NCBI GenBank assembly: GCA_016177465.1
Contig: JACOVF010000114.1
Location: 1 to 45,288 of the forward strand
Length of the DNA stretch: 45,288 nucleotides
Origin: Gemmatimonadota bacterium
Lineage (GTDB): Bacteria > Gemmatimonadota > Gemmatimonadetes > Gemmatimonadales > GWC2-71-9
Reading direction: 5' to 3'
Part shown: positions 9,133-18,860 of the stretch, piece after piece
How the letters are laid out: each line of letters begins with the position of its first letter
Numbering within the stretch: the first letter of the stretch is position 1
Position numbers and translations under genes: made by a program
The notes under the pieces: model-generated
Seen by the model: the letters and a program-made list of their open reading frames with translations, nothing else
Database searches by the model: none
Told to the model about the DNA's origin: nothing

Positions 9133-9836
9133 GTCCCGCGCCGCGTCAGCCGCGCCAGGTACCCGCCGCCCTCGCCCTGCCACACGACCTCGCATCGCCA
9201 CCCGGCGGGCTCCGCACGCTCGGCGAGCGTCACGGGGTCCACGTACAGCTGCTGGAACGGCATCCCCGTCTCGCCGCGATACTCGAGCCAGAACTCGATC
9301 TCGCCGAGGTAGCGGCCGTCGGGCCGGGTCATCGAGCGGCCTGGCGCCCTGAGGTCGCATGAGTCCATGAGGACCTGGCCCCCTGGTGCGAGCAGCCGGT
9401 CGAAAGCGGCAAACAGCCGGCGCAGCCCCTCCAGTGTCTCGGCGAGCCCCGAGCCGTTGGCAAGCACGAGGATCGTGTCGAACGGCCCCGGCCCCCCCGC
9501 GAAGGTGAGCAGGTCCGCGCGGCGTGCGTCGTGCACGCCGCGGGCGCGCATGATCTCGACTGCCTCCGGGACGAAGTCGATCGCGCACACTTCGAGCCCG
9601 CGCGCCTGGAGCGCGAGCGAGTGGATCCCCGTGCCCGCGCCCGCGTCCAACACCCGCCCGCGCGCGAACATCAGGGCCGCCGCGTCGGCGCCCTCGGTCG
9701 GCTGGCGAAACCACCCGGCGACCGGCAGCGCGTCATGTTCGCCGAGATCCGAATGCACGGTGATCGTGGCCGTGGCGTCGCCCGTGAAGAAGTCCCACAG
9801 CGACTGCCCATGCAGCACCCAGGAATCCGTTGGCAT
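9129..9836 (-). CDS. Class I SAM-dependent methyltransferase
   Basis: Motif I RVLDAGAGTG, post-I AIDF, FDTIL, LLAPGGQVL; ATG 9836. Confidence 0.88.
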   Translation of the reverse strand: MPTDSWVLHGQSLWDFFTGDATATITVHSDLGEHDALPVAGWFRQPTEGADAAALMFARGRVLDAGAGTGIHSLALQARGLEVCAIDFVPEAVEIMRARGVHDARRADLLTFAGGPGPFDTILVLANGSGLAETLEGLRRLFAAFDRLLAPGGQVLMDSCDLRAPGRSMTRPDGRYLGEIEFWLEYRGETGMPFQQLYVDPVTLAERAEPAGWRCEVVWQGEGGGYLARLTRRGT

Positions 9837-9963
9837 GGGGAGAATATACAGGCCCACGCCCCTCGGTCGGGGCCGCCCCGGGGGATGCGACTGGGTTGCT
9901 GACCGTGCAGTCCCGCGTTACTGTCCTGTGCCTTCGCGACCGACACCGAGGACACCCGACGCC

Positions 9964-10965
9964 GTGCCACGACGACACAAGCGCTGGCTGACCACCCTCC
10001 TGCTGAGCGTGACGGGATGCGCCGGCCCATTCCCGCAGACGACGCTCGCGCCCAAATCCGATTTCGGCATCGCGATCGATCAGCTGTTCACCAACATCTT
10101 CTGGTGGGCGGTCGCCGTGTTCGTGGTGGTCGAGGGCCTCCTGCTATACGCGATCATCCGCTTCCGGGCCCGCCCCGGCGCCCCGCCGCCCAAGGCGACC
10201 CACGGCCACACCGCCCTGGAAATCGGCTGGACCCTCGCGCCCGCGGTCATTCTCGTGTTCATCGCCGTGCCGACCATCCAGACGATCTTCCGCACCTCGG
10301 GCCAGGCGCCGGATGGCGCCATGCAGGTGGAAGTGATCGGCCATCAGTGGTGGTGGGAGTTCCGGTATCCTGACCTGGGGGTGGTGACCGCGAACGAGTT
10401 GCACCTACCGGTCGGCCGGCCGGTGGCGCTCGCGATGACCTCCGCCGACGTGATCCACAGCTACTGGGCGCCGGGGCTGGGCGGCAAGCGCGACGTGATC
10501 CTGGGCCGCACCAGCCGCCTCGCGTTCACGGCCGACTCCATCGGGACCTATTACGGGCAGTGCGCCGAGTTCTGCGGCGAGTCCCACGCCAACATGCGGC
10601 TGCGCGTGGTGGTGGACAGCGCGTCCGCCTTCGATGCGTGGGTCGCGCGGGAACAGGCCGGGCCGGCCCCGATCGCGCCCGGCAGCGTGGAGGAGAAAGG
10701 CCGGGCGGTATTCGCCCGCAGTGCCTGCATCGCCTGCCATACGATGGAGGACGTCCCCGCGGCCCGCGCCGTCATCGGCCCGAACCTGACGCACGTCGGG
10801 GCCCGGTCGATGATCGGGAGTGAGATGGTGGAGAACCGGCCCGACCACCTCGCGCAGTGGATCGCCAATTCGGCCGCGATGAAGCCGGGCTCGAAGATGC
10901 CGCCGATGGTGCTCCCCCCTGAAGACCTGACCGCCCTGGTTGCCTACCTCCGGAGCCGGCAATGA
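9964..10965 (+). CDS. ctaC: Cytochrome c oxidase subunit II with fused C-terminal cytochrome c (caa3 type)
   Basis: Lipobox-like SVTGC, GHQWWWEF, CuA ligands DVIHS and CAEFCGESHANM, heme c motif CIACH with distal PGSKMP. Start uncertain (GTG 9964 or 9928). Confidence 0.93.
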   Translation: MPRRHKRWLTTLLLSVTGCAGPFPQTTLAPKSDFGIAIDQLFTNIFWWAVAVFVVVEGLLLYAIIRFRARPGAPPPKATHGHTALEIGWTLAPAVILVFIAVPTIQTIFRTSGQAPDGAMQVEVIGHQWWWEFRYPDLGVVTANELHLPVGRPVALAMTSADVIHSYWAPGLGGKRDVILGRTSRLAFTADSIGTYYGQCAEFCGESHANMRLRVVVDSASAFDAWVAREQAGPAPIAPGSVEEKGRAVFARSACIACHTMEDVPAARAVIGPNLTHVGARSMIGSEMVENRPDHLAQWIANSAAMKPGSKMPPMVLPPEDLTALVAYLRSRQ

Positions 10966-12743
10966 GCGCCTCCGCCACGGGCCTGAGGAGCTGGCTCACC
11001 ACCACCGACCACAAGCGGATCGGGCTGCTGTATTTCTGGACCGCGTTCGTGTTTTTCCTGGTCGGGGGCCTCGAGGCGCTCGTGATCCGCGCCCAGCTGG
11101 CCGGGCCCAACGGCACGCTGGTCAGCGCCGAGGCGTTCAACCAGCTGTTCACGATGCACGCCACGACGATGGTGTTCCTGGCGCTGATGCCGCTCACCGC
11201 GGCGTTCTTCAACTACATCGTGCCGCTGCAGATTGGCGCCCGCGACGTGGCCTTCCCACGACTCAACGCCTTCAGCTACTGGGTGTTCCTGCTGGGCGGG
11301 CTGTTCATGAACGCGAGCTTCCTGTTCGGGGCCGCGCCCGACGGCGGCTGGTTCGGCTACGCGAACCTGACCTCGAAGCAGTATTCGCCCGGACTGAACA
11401 TCGATTTCTGGCTGCTCGGCCTGCAGATCCTCGGCATCGCGTCGCTCGCCGCGGGCTTCAACTTCATCGTCACCATCCTGAACCTGCGGGCGCCCGGCCT
11501 CAAGATGATGCGCCTCCCGGTGTTCACCTGGATGGTACTCGTCACGCAGTTCCTCATCATCACCGCGTTCCCCGTCATCACCGTCGCGCTCGTGCTGCTG
11601 ATGTTCGACCGCTTCTTCGGCACCAGCTTCTACCTGCCGGCGGGCGGCGGGAATCCGGTGCTGTGGCAGCACCTGTTCTGGATCTTCGGTCACCCCGAGG
11701 TCTACATCCTGATCCTGCCGGCGATGGGGATCGTGTCCGAAGTGCTGCCGACGTTCTCCCGCAAGCCGCTGTTCGGCTATACCGTCGTGGTGTACTCGGG
11801 CGTGCTGATCGGGTTCATGGGGTGGGGGGTGTGGAGCCACCACATGTTCTCGGTGGGCCTGGGCCCCATCGCGGACTCGTTCTTCGCGGCCACCACCCTG
11901 CTCATCGCGATCCCGACGGGCGTGAAGATCTTCAACTGGATCGCGACCCTGTGGGGCGGCCAGATTCGCTTCGCCGCCGCCATGAAGTTCGCGCTCGGCT
12001 TCATCGCGATGTTCATCATCGGCGGGCTGTCCGGCGTGTCGCACGCCGCGCCGCCCGCCGACCTGCAGCAGACCGACACGTACTATGTCGTCGCCCATAT
12101 CCACTACGTGCTGTTCGGCGGCACCGTGTTCGGGCTGTTCGCGGGGATGTACTACTGGTGGCCGAAGATGACCGGGCGACTCCTCGACGAGCGGCTGGGC
12201 AACTGGCACTTCTGGCTCACATTCATCGGGATGAACCTCGCGTTCTTCCCGATGCACTTCATCGGGTTGCTGGGGATGCCGCGCCGCATCTACACCTACG
12301 GCCCCGAGCTCGGCGTCTCGACGATGAACCTGGTGTCGACGATCGGCGCGTTCCTGATCGGTATCGCCGCCCTGATCTTTGTCTACAACATGTGGCGGAC
12401 CCGGCGCCACGGTGCCGTCGCGGGCGACGACCCGTGGGGGGGCGCCACCCTGGAGTGGTCCATCTCGTCGCCCCCGCCGCCGCACAACTTCGACGTCATC
12501 CCGACGGTGGCGAGCCGCTTGCCGCGCTGGAGCGCCACGCAGTTGAAGGCGATCCCCGAGGGAGCGGAGACGGCCGCACCCGTCCACGTCCCCGCGGGCT
12601 CGTGGTGGCCGTTGATCGCGGCCTCCAGCCTTCCGATCATGGCCACTGGAGCCATCGGTCGCATGCTCCCGGTGGTGCTCGCGGGCGTCGCGATCCTGAT
12701 CGTCGGCATCTACCGCTGGGCCTACGAGCCCTTCGAGGCTTGA
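10962..12743 (+). CDS. ctaD: Cytochrome c oxidase subunit I (A1 type)
   Basis: TTTDHKRIG, FTMHAT, AFPRLN, WIFGHPEVYILILP, WSHHM, VVAHIHY, GMPRR. Confidence 0.98.
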   Translation: MSASATGLRSWLTTTDHKRIGLLYFWTAFVFFLVGGLEALVIRAQLAGPNGTLVSAEAFNQLFTMHATTMVFLALMPLTAAFFNYIVPLQIGARDVAFPRLNAFSYWVFLLGGLFMNASFLFGAAPDGGWFGYANLTSKQYSPGLNIDFWLLGLQILGIASLAAGFNFIVTILNLRAPGLKMMRLPVFTWMVLVTQFLIITAFPVITVALVLLMFDRFFGTSFYLPAGGGNPVLWQHLFWIFGHPEVYILILPAMGIVSEVLPTFSRKPLFGYTVVVYSGVLIGFMGWGVWSHHMFSVGLGPIADSFFAATTLLIAIPTGVKIFNWIATLWGGQIRFAAAMKFALGFIAMFIIGGLSGVSHAAPPADLQQTDTYYVVAHIHYVLFGGTVFGLFAGMYYWWPKMTGRLLDERLGNWHFWLTFIGMNLAFFPMHFIGLLGMPRRIYTYGPELGVSTMNLVSTIGAFLIGIAALIFVYNMWRTRRHGAVAGDDPWGGATLEWSISSPPPPHNFDVIPTVASRLPRWSATQLKAIPEGAETAAPVHVPAGSWWPLIAASSLPIMATGAIGRMLPVVLAGVAILIVGIYRWAYEPFEA

Positions 12744-12744
12744 G

Positions 12745-13314
12745 ATGACTCACGCGACGAGCTTGGGGCTCGACAGCCGCAAGCTGGCGTTCTGGACGTT
12801 CATCGGGTCCGAGTGCCTGCTGTTCGGGTCGTTGATCTCGACCTACCTGATCTACAAGGGCAAGAGCCTCGTCGGCCCCTACCCGCCCGAGATCCTCGAC
12901 ATCCCGTTCACCTCGTTCAGCACCTTCGACCTGCTGATGTCGAGCTTGTGGATGGTGCTGGCGCTCGCCGCGGTGCAGCGGGGCGACATGAAATGGGCCA
13001 AGGTCTGGCTGTTCGGCACCGCCCTGGGCGGCCTGATCTTCCTCGGCGGGCAGGTCTACGAGTTCAGCTCGTTCGTCCACGAGGGGTTGACGCTGCAGCG
13101 CAACATCTTCGGAGCGACGTTCTTCGTCCTGACAGGTTGCCACGGCGCCCACGTGACGGTCGGCGTGATCTGGCTCCTCACGCTCTGGGTCCGCGCCCTC
13201 CAGGGCAAGCTCGGGCCCGAGCACGCGATGACCGTCGAGATCACGGGCCTGTACTGGCACTTCGTCGACGTCGTCTGGATCGTGATCTTTACCCTCGTGT
13301 ACCTCATCCAGTGA
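12745..13314 (+). CDS. ctaE: Cytochrome c oxidase subunit III (short form)
   Basis: FIGSECLLF, FFVLTGCHGAHV, LYWHFVDVVWIVIFTLVYL. Confidence 0.95.
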   Translation: MTHATSLGLDSRKLAFWTFIGSECLLFGSLISTYLIYKGKSLVGPYPPEILDIPFTSFSTFDLLMSSLWMVLALAAVQRGDMKWAKVWLFGTALGGLIFLGGQVYEFSSFVHEGLTLQRNIFGATFFVLTGCHGAHVTVGVIWLLTLWVRALQGKLGPEHAMTVEITGLYWHFVDVVWIVIFTLVYLIQ

Positions 13315-13328
13315 ACGCGGAGCAGAAG

Positions 13329-13640
13329 ATGGATCAGGGGACTCCGGCGCACGACCACTCGCATCCGACGGCCGGGACCTACATCCGGGTCGCCACTATC
13401 CTGTTGATCATCACGGTCGTCGAGGTCGGGGTGTTCTACGTGCCTGCCTTCAAACCTGTGCTGGTGCCCACCCTGCTCATGCTCTCGGCGGTCAAGTTCA
13501 CGCTGGTCGTGATGTTCTACATGCACCTTAAGATGGACAGCCGGTTCTTCACCTTCATCTTCGGTGGACCGCTCCTGCTGGCGAGCGGAATGATGATCGG
13601 GCTGCTGTTCCTCTTCGGGGTGTTCGTGCTGGGCCGGTGA
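13329..13640 (+). CDS. ctaF: Cytochrome c oxidase subunit IV (caa3 CtaF-like)
   Basis: Three TM helices, KFTLVVMFYMHLKMD motif; alternative GTG start at 13311 overlaps ctaE stop. Confidence 0.88.
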   Translation: MDQGTPAHDHSHPTAGTYIRVATILLIITVVEVGVFYVPAFKPVLVPTLLMLSAVKFTLVVMFYMHLKMDSRFFTFIFGGPLLLASGMMIGLLFLFGVFVLGR

Positions 13641-14434
13641 GCGACCAGGCGCCCTGGGCGCACTGGGACCTCCACCCCAGCGTGGTGATCGGGCTCGCCT
13701 GCCTGGGCGGGCTCTACGTTTTTCTGGGAGGCCGGGCGGCGGCTCGCCGCCAGCAGGCCAGCTTCATCGGCGCGCTGGCGGTGCTGCTCGGGTCCCTCAA
13801 CGGTCCGATCCACGCCCTTTCCGACCGCTACCTCTTCAGCGTCCACATGGCACAGCACCTGCTGCTGACACTGCTGTTCCCGCCGCTCCTTCTCTACGGG
13901 CTGCCGGCGGGAACCGTCCGCCCGCTGCTCCGAGCCGCCCCAGTAGGGGCCGCCGGCCGGTTGCTCACGCGCCCCATCCCGGCCGCGGCGCTGTTCACCG
14001 CCGTCATGGCGCTCTGGCACACGCCGCAGTTCTACGAGGCCGCCATGCGGAATCACGGCCTCCACATCGCCCAGCACCTCGTCTTCCTGGCGACGGCGGT
14101 GCTGATGTGGTGGCCGATTCTGTCCCCCGTGCCTGAGCTGCCGCGCCTCCCGTACCCGGGGCAGATGCTCTATCTCTTCCTCCTGGGCATCCCGATGTCG
14201 CTCGTGGGCGCCCTGATCACGCTGTCGGACCGCGTGCTGTATCCCTTCTACGCCGAGGCGCCCCGCGTCTGGGGGCTGACGCCGATCGCGGATCAGCAGC
14301 TCGGCGGGCTCGCGATGTGGATTCCCGGCGGGCTGGTGTTCTGGCTGGCGATGACGGTGGTGTGGTTCCGCTGGTCGTTGCGCGAAGAACAGGGGGAGGC
14401 CGAGCGGGCCGTCCCTCTGGATGCCTACCGCTAG
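13637..14434 (+). CDS. ctaG: caa3-type oxidase assembly factor CtaG
   Basis: LFSVHMAQHLLL, WHTP..YEAA, HIAQH, DQQLGGLAMWIPG motifs; directly after subunit IV. Confidence 0.9.
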   Translation: MSDQAPWAHWDLHPSVVIGLACLGGLYVFLGGRAAARRQQASFIGALAVLLGSLNGPIHALSDRYLFSVHMAQHLLLTLLFPPLLLYGLPAGTVRPLLRAAPVGAAGRLLTRPIPAAALFTAVMALWHTPQFYEAAMRNHGLHIAQHLVFLATAVLMWWPILSPVPELPRLPYPGQMLYLFLLGIPMSLVGALITLSDRVLYPFYAEAPRVWGLTPIADQQLGGLAMWIPGGLVFWLAMTVVWFRWSLREEQGEAERAVPLDAYR

Positions 14435-14462
14435 TCCGACCTCGTCATTCGCAGGAGGCCTC

Positions 14463-15131
14463 ATGGCCGCGACCCGCCGCCCCTGGTTCTCTGCGCTCTC
14501 CCTGCTCGCCGGATCCCTTCTGCTGAGCATCAACGGAGTGCGCCACCCGGCGCTCGTCGGGGACGGCGCCGCCGAGCTCTCGGCCATCGCCGTGGCGGGG
14601 GCCTGGAGCGCCATCCACTGGGGATTCCTGTTCGGCTTCCCCCTCGTCGTGGCAGGCCTGGCCGGCGTGTGGTCGCGCCACCTCGAGACGGACGGCGCTC
14701 AAGCCGCGCGGGCGGGGATCTGTCTCGCGGTGTTCGGCTATGCCCTGGCCGCAGTCGGGGTGCTGTTCATGGTGGGCGCCGGCGCCGCGCTGGCCGACGC
14801 CTACCAGCGCGCCGACCTTGGGCTCACGGCCACGCACGCGGTCTTCGTGTACGACATGCTGCGGCCGTTCGCCCTGGCGTCCATTCGCGCGGCCGCCTTC
14901 GTGATTTCCCTCGGCACCTGTGCATTCGGCTGGGCCGTGGTGGTGGGCGGTGTGGACCCGCGCGCCTTGGGCTATTTGGGAGTGGTGCTGGGGGCGGTCG
15001 GCGCGGCCGTGGCGGTCGTGCTCCCGGAGACGGCCCCGAACGTCATCCTGGGCACCGTGCTCGCGACGGTGTGGCAGCTCCTGCTGGCCGTGACGATGCT
15101 GTGGCGCGACCGAGCGCCCACGGCCGCCTAA
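14463..15131 (+). CDS. Hypothetical multi-pass membrane protein
   Basis: GGAGG RBS before ATG 14463; about 6 hydrophobic segments; last gene of the oxidase run. Confidence 0.7.
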   Translation: MAATRRPWFSALSLLAGSLLLSINGVRHPALVGDGAAELSAIAVAGAWSAIHWGFLFGFPLVVAGLAGVWSRHLETDGAQAARAGICLAVFGYALAAVGVLFMVGAGAALADAYQRADLGLTATHAVFVYDMLRPFALASIRAAAFVISLGTCAFGWAVVVGGVDPRALGYLGVVLGAVGAAVAVVLPETAPNVILGTVLATVWQLLLAVTMLWRDRAPTAA

Positions 15132-15132
15132 T

Positions 15133-16716
15133 TCAGGGCAGCTTGATCCGAACGACCCCTTGGCCCTGTGCGGCGACGTTGAACACCAACAGGCTCACGA
15201 TGTCGCCCGCCTTGAGCCCCCGTAGCGCCGCGCGGAATTCGGCGCGGGTGCGCACCGGGGTGCCGTTCACCTTGAGGATCACGTCCGGGCCCCCCGGGCC
15301 GGGGCCCGCCAGCTTTCCGTAGGCTGGGCCGTCGGGCGACACGCCGGTAACCACGAGTCCGCCGCCCGCCTGCCGCACGGCACGGAGACTCCGGTCGGTC
15401 GCGTCTTCCGGGGCCACGGGCTGTACCGCGATGCCGAGCGTCTCCTCCTTGGGGGCCGGGCTGTGCTTCGCGGTGCCGTCGTCCGCGCCGCTGTTATCGT
15501 CGTTCGCGGCGATCTGCTCCTCGGTGGGCACCGCGGCCAGGCGCACGGTGTACTCGCGCCGCTCGCCGCCGGGGCGGAGCACGGTGACGCGGACCGCTTC
15601 GCCCGGCTTCTTGAACCCCACGCGCTGCTGCAGTTGGGCGACGTATTCGACCGGCTGGCCGTCCAGCGCCACGATCACGTCGCCCTGCTGGACGCCGGCA
15701 CGCCCGGCGGGCGAGGCGGACGCGTCGGGGATGAAGTCCTGCACCACCACGCCGCGGACCTCCACGAGGCCCACCGCTTCGGCGTCCTCGGCAACGGCGT
15801 CGCGGATGCTGACGCCGATCACCGCGCGCTGGACGTGGCCCGTCCGCACCAGCTGGTCCATCACGATCCGCGCCAGGTTGATGGGGATCGCGAAGCCGTA
15901 GCCGGCGTAGAACCCGGTCTCGCTCGCGATCGCGGCGTTGATGCCGATCACGTCGCCGCGGACGTTGACGAGGGGTCCCCCGGAGTTGCCAGGGTTGATC
16001 GCGGCGTCGGTCTGGAGGAAGTCCTGGATCGAGTAGTTGCGGACCTGCTCGAGCCCGCGCAGCAGGCGGCCCTTGGCGCTGATGATCCCCGCAGTCACGG
16101 TGAAGGTGAACGCCTCGCCGAGCGGGTTGCCGATGGCGAGCACCCATTCGCCGATCCGCGTGGAGTCGGAGTTGCCGAAGCCGACCGTCGGGAGGGCGGT
16201 GGCGTCGATCTTGATGACCGCGACGTCGGTGGCCGGGTCGGCGCCCACCACGCGGGCGGGGAACTCGCGCTTGTCGTACAGCCGCACGGTGACGCGCTCC
16301 GCGCCCGAGACGACGTGGTTGTTCGTCAGGATGTAGCCGTTCTCCGAGACGATGAACCCGGAGCCCGTGCCCCGCTCGATCTGCGGCTGCGGCTGACGCA
16401 GCTGTGGGAAAAAGTCCTCGAAGCCGGGCGGGAGGCGGCGCGCGCTGGCGCGCTCTCGGTGCTCCGATCGGATGAACACGACCGCGGGCTGCACGTGCGC
16501 GGCGACGGCGGCAAATGCCTCACCCAAGTCGGCCGCGGGCTTGGCGGCGGGGATCTGCGCCCGCGGGGCGGGGGTCGCGGCCTGGACCAGGCCGAGCGGC
16601 TCGGCCGCGCCGCTCCGCTTCGGCAGATCCAGCGCCGAGGCGAAGAGCAGTCCCAGGATGAACGCGATCCCCACCAGGGACACGAACTTCGACCAGTCCC
16701 GCGTGCGTGCCGACAT
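15133..16716 (-). CDS. degP: HtrA/DegP (Do) serine protease with two PDZ domains
   Basis: GSGFIVS..ILTNNHVV, TDVAVIK, QTDAAINPGNSGGPL, two PDZ-like domains, N-terminal TM/signal. Confidence 0.93.
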   Translation of the reverse strand: MSARTRDWSKFVSLVGIAFILGLLFASALDLPKRSGAAEPLGLVQAATPAPRAQIPAAKPAADLGEAFAAVAAHVQPAVVFIRSEHRERASARRLPPGFEDFFPQLRQPQPQIERGTGSGFIVSENGYILTNNHVVSGAERVTVRLYDKREFPARVVGADPATDVAVIKIDATALPTVGFGNSDSTRIGEWVLAIGNPLGEAFTFTVTAGIISAKGRLLRGLEQVRNYSIQDFLQTDAAINPGNSGGPLVNVRGDVIGINAAIASETGFYAGYGFAIPINLARIVMDQLVRTGHVQRAVIGVSIRDAVAEDAEAVGLVEVRGVVVQDFIPDASASPAGRAGVQQGDVIVALDGQPVEYVAQLQQRVGFKKPGEAVRVTVLRPGGERREYTVRLAAVPTEEQIAANDDNSGADDGTAKHSPAPKEETLGIAVQPVAPEDATDRSLRAVRQAGGGLVVTGVSPDGPAYGKLAGPGPGGPDVILKVNGTPVRTRAEFRAALRGLKAGDIVSLLVFNVAAQGQGVVRIKLP

Positions 16717-16725
16717 CGAACCCCC

Positions 16726-18666
16726 TTACGCCTTCTTGTTTTTGTCGTCGTCCACGATCTCGTAATCAGCCTCGACGACGTTCTCCTTCTCTTGCTTGGC
16801 ACCGGCCGGCTCGCCTTCCGCCGCGCCGCCCCCGCCCGCGGCCCCGGACTCGGGACCGGCGCCGCGGGCCGCGGCGTACAGCGACGCCCCGGCGGCGGAG
16901 TAGGCCTGCTGCAGCTCGTCGAGCGCCCGGGAGATGTCCGCTAGGTTGCCGCTGCGCAAGGCCTGCTTCGCACCCTCCACCGCGCCGTCGAGCCGCGACT
17001 TGAGCGACGCGTCGAGGCGGTCGATCCATTCCTTGGAGTTCTTCTCCACCTCATACACCATGGCGTCGAGGCGGTTGCGCCGCTCGATCTCCTCGCGACG
17101 CTTCTTGTCCTCGGCGGCCTTCGCCTCGGCTTCCTTGACCATCCGCTCGATGGCCTTGTCGTCCAGCCCGGAGGAAGCCTCGATCCGGATCTTCTGCTCC
17201 TTGCCGGTGGCCTTATCCTTCGCCGACACGTGCAGGATGCCGTTGGCGTCGATGTCGAAGGACACCTCGATCTGCGGCACGCCGCGCGGCGCGGGGGGGA
17301 TCCCCGTCAGCTGGAACTTGCCGATGGTGCGGTTGTCCATCGCCATCTGCCGCTCGCCCTGGAGCACGTGGATCTCAACCGTCGTCTGGGTGTCCTCGGC
17401 GGTCGAGAAGATCTCCGACTTCTTGGTCGGGATCGTCGTGTTGCGCGGGATGAGCACGGTCGTGACGCCGCCCAGCGTCTCGATGCCAAGCGACAGCGGC
17501 GTCACGTCGAGCAGCAGCACGTCCTTCACCTCTCCCGCCAGCACGCCCCCCTGGATCGCCGCGCCGATCGCCACGACCTCGTCCGGGTTTACGCCTTTGT
17601 GGGGCTCCTTGCCGAAGAACTTCTGGACGATCTCCTGGACCTTCGGCATCCGGGTCTGGCCGCCGACGAGAATGACCTCGTCGACGGCGGACGGCTGCAG
17701 GCCCGCGTCCTTCAGCGCCTGCTCCATCGGCGGGATGGTTCGCTGGACCAGGTCGTCCACCAGCTGCTCGAGCTTGGACCGGGTCAGCGTCATGTTGAGG
17801 TGTTTCGGCCCAGACTGGTCGGCGGTGATGAACGGCAGGTTGATTTCCGTCTGCAGCACGGTGGACAGCTCCATCTTGGCCTTCTCGGCGGCCTCCTTGA
17901 GGCGCTGCAGGGCCATCGGGTCCTTGGAGAGGTCGATGCCTTGGTCGCGCTTGAACTCGTCGACCAGCCACTGGATGATGCGCTGGTCGAAGTCGTCGCC
18001 GCCCAGGTGGGTGTCGCCGTTCGTGGACTTCACCTCGAACACGCCCTCGGCGAGCTCCAGGATCGAGATGTCGTAGGTGCCGCCGCCCAGATCGAAGACC
18101 GCGACCTTCTCCTCCTTTTTCTTATCGAGGCCGTAGGCGAGAGCCGAGGCGGTGGGCTCGTTGATGATCCGCACCACGTCGAGCCCGGCGATCTTCCCCG
18201 CGTCCTTGGTCGCCTGGCGCTGGGAGTCGTTGAAGTAGGCGGGAACGGTGATCACCGCCTTCTCGACTTTGTGGCCGAGGTAGTCCTCGGCAGTCTGCCG
18301 CATCTTCTGGAGGATCATCGCCGAGATCTCGGGAGGCGTGTAGCGCTTGCCCTGGATTTCGACCGAGGCGAGGTCGTTTTGGCCGGTCATGACCTTGTAA
18401 GGAACGCGCCGCGTCTCTTCGACGACCTCGCCCATGCGGCGTCCCATGAACCGTTTGATGGAGAAGATCGTGTTCTGCGGATTGGTCACCGCCTGGCGCT
18501 TGGCCACCTGCCCGACGAGCCGCTCGCCGTCCTTGGTGAACGCGACCACTGACGGGGTCGTACGGCCGCCTTCGGCGTTCGGAATGACGACCGGATCGCC
18601 GCCCTCCATGACGGCCACCACTGAGTTCGTTGTTCCGAGATCGATCCCGATGATCTTCTCAGCCAT
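16726..18666 (-). CDS. dnaK: Chaperone DnaK (Hsp70)
   Basis: [45 protein letters not shown]; AAGGAG RBS. Confidence 0.99.
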   Translation of the reverse strand: MAEKIIGIDLGTTNSVVAVMEGGDPVVIPNAEGGRTTPSVVAFTKDGERLVGQVAKRQAVTNPQNTIFSIKRFMGRRMGEVVEETRRVPYKVMTGQNDLASVEIQGKRYTPPEISAMILQKMRQTAEDYLGHKVEKAVITVPAYFNDSQRQATKDAGKIAGLDVVRIINEPTASALAYGLDKKKEEKVAVFDLGGGTYDISILELAEGVFEVKSTNGDTHLGGDDFDQRIIQWLVDEFKRDQGIDLSKDPMALQRLKEAAEKAKMELSTVLQTEINLPFITADQSGPKHLNMTLTRSKLEQLVDDLVQRTIPPMEQALKDAGLQPSAVDEVILVGGQTRMPKVQEIVQKFFGKEPHKGVNPDEVVAIGAAIQGGVLAGEVKDVLLLDVTPLSLGIETLGGVTTVLIPRNTTIPTKKSEIFSTAEDTQTTVEIHVLQGERQMAMDNRTIGKFQLTGIPPAPRGVPQIEVSFDIDANGILHVSAKDKATGKEQKIRIEASSGLDDKAIERMVKEAEAKAAEDKKRREEIERRNRLDAMVYEVEKNSKEWIDRLDASLKSRLDGAVEGAKQALRSGNLADISRALDELQQAYSAAGASLYAAARGAGPESGAAGGGGAAEGEPAGAKQEKENVVEADYEIVDDDKNKKA

Positions 18667-18720
18667 GAGAGCAACTCCTTAGCACGAGGTTGATGCGCAC
18701 ATTGGTCCGGGAGTCGCAGA

Positions 18721-18757
18721 AGCAAGCGTCGTGCCCGGGAAAGGTGCCAAAATGACA
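18721..18757 (-). promoter_or_regulatory. Sigma54-type -24/-12 promoter of dnaK with upstream TGNCA-N3-TGNCA box
   Basis: Minus strand GGGCACGACGCTTGCT (GG-N10-GC, 18736-18721) matches TGGCACG-N4-TTGCW; TGTCATTTTGGCA at 18757-18745. Confidence 0.7.
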
Positions 18758-18771
18758 GAACGGAGAGGCCC

Positions 18772-18845
18772 AGGGGCTGAGCGGCTAAGTTACCCAGTAG
18801 AGGGTTGTTAGCCCCTTAGCCACTTAGCCGCTTCGTCACTTCGTC
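18772..18845. repeat. Dispersed 8-nt-period inverted repeat (GGCTAAG/CTTAGCC), copy 1
   Basis: AGGGGCTGAGCGGCTAAG ... TTAGCCCCTTAGCCACTTAGCCGCTTCGTCACTTCGTC; 26 nt match copy 2 with one mismatch. Confidence 0.8.
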
Positions 18846-18860
18846 TCTAGATTCCCTCCC

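Noticed and set aside
18679-18705. CIRCE-like half site TTAGCAC upstream of dnaK
   Set aside because: Only one arm resembles TTAGCACTC-N9-GAGTGCTAA; the partner arm is absent.
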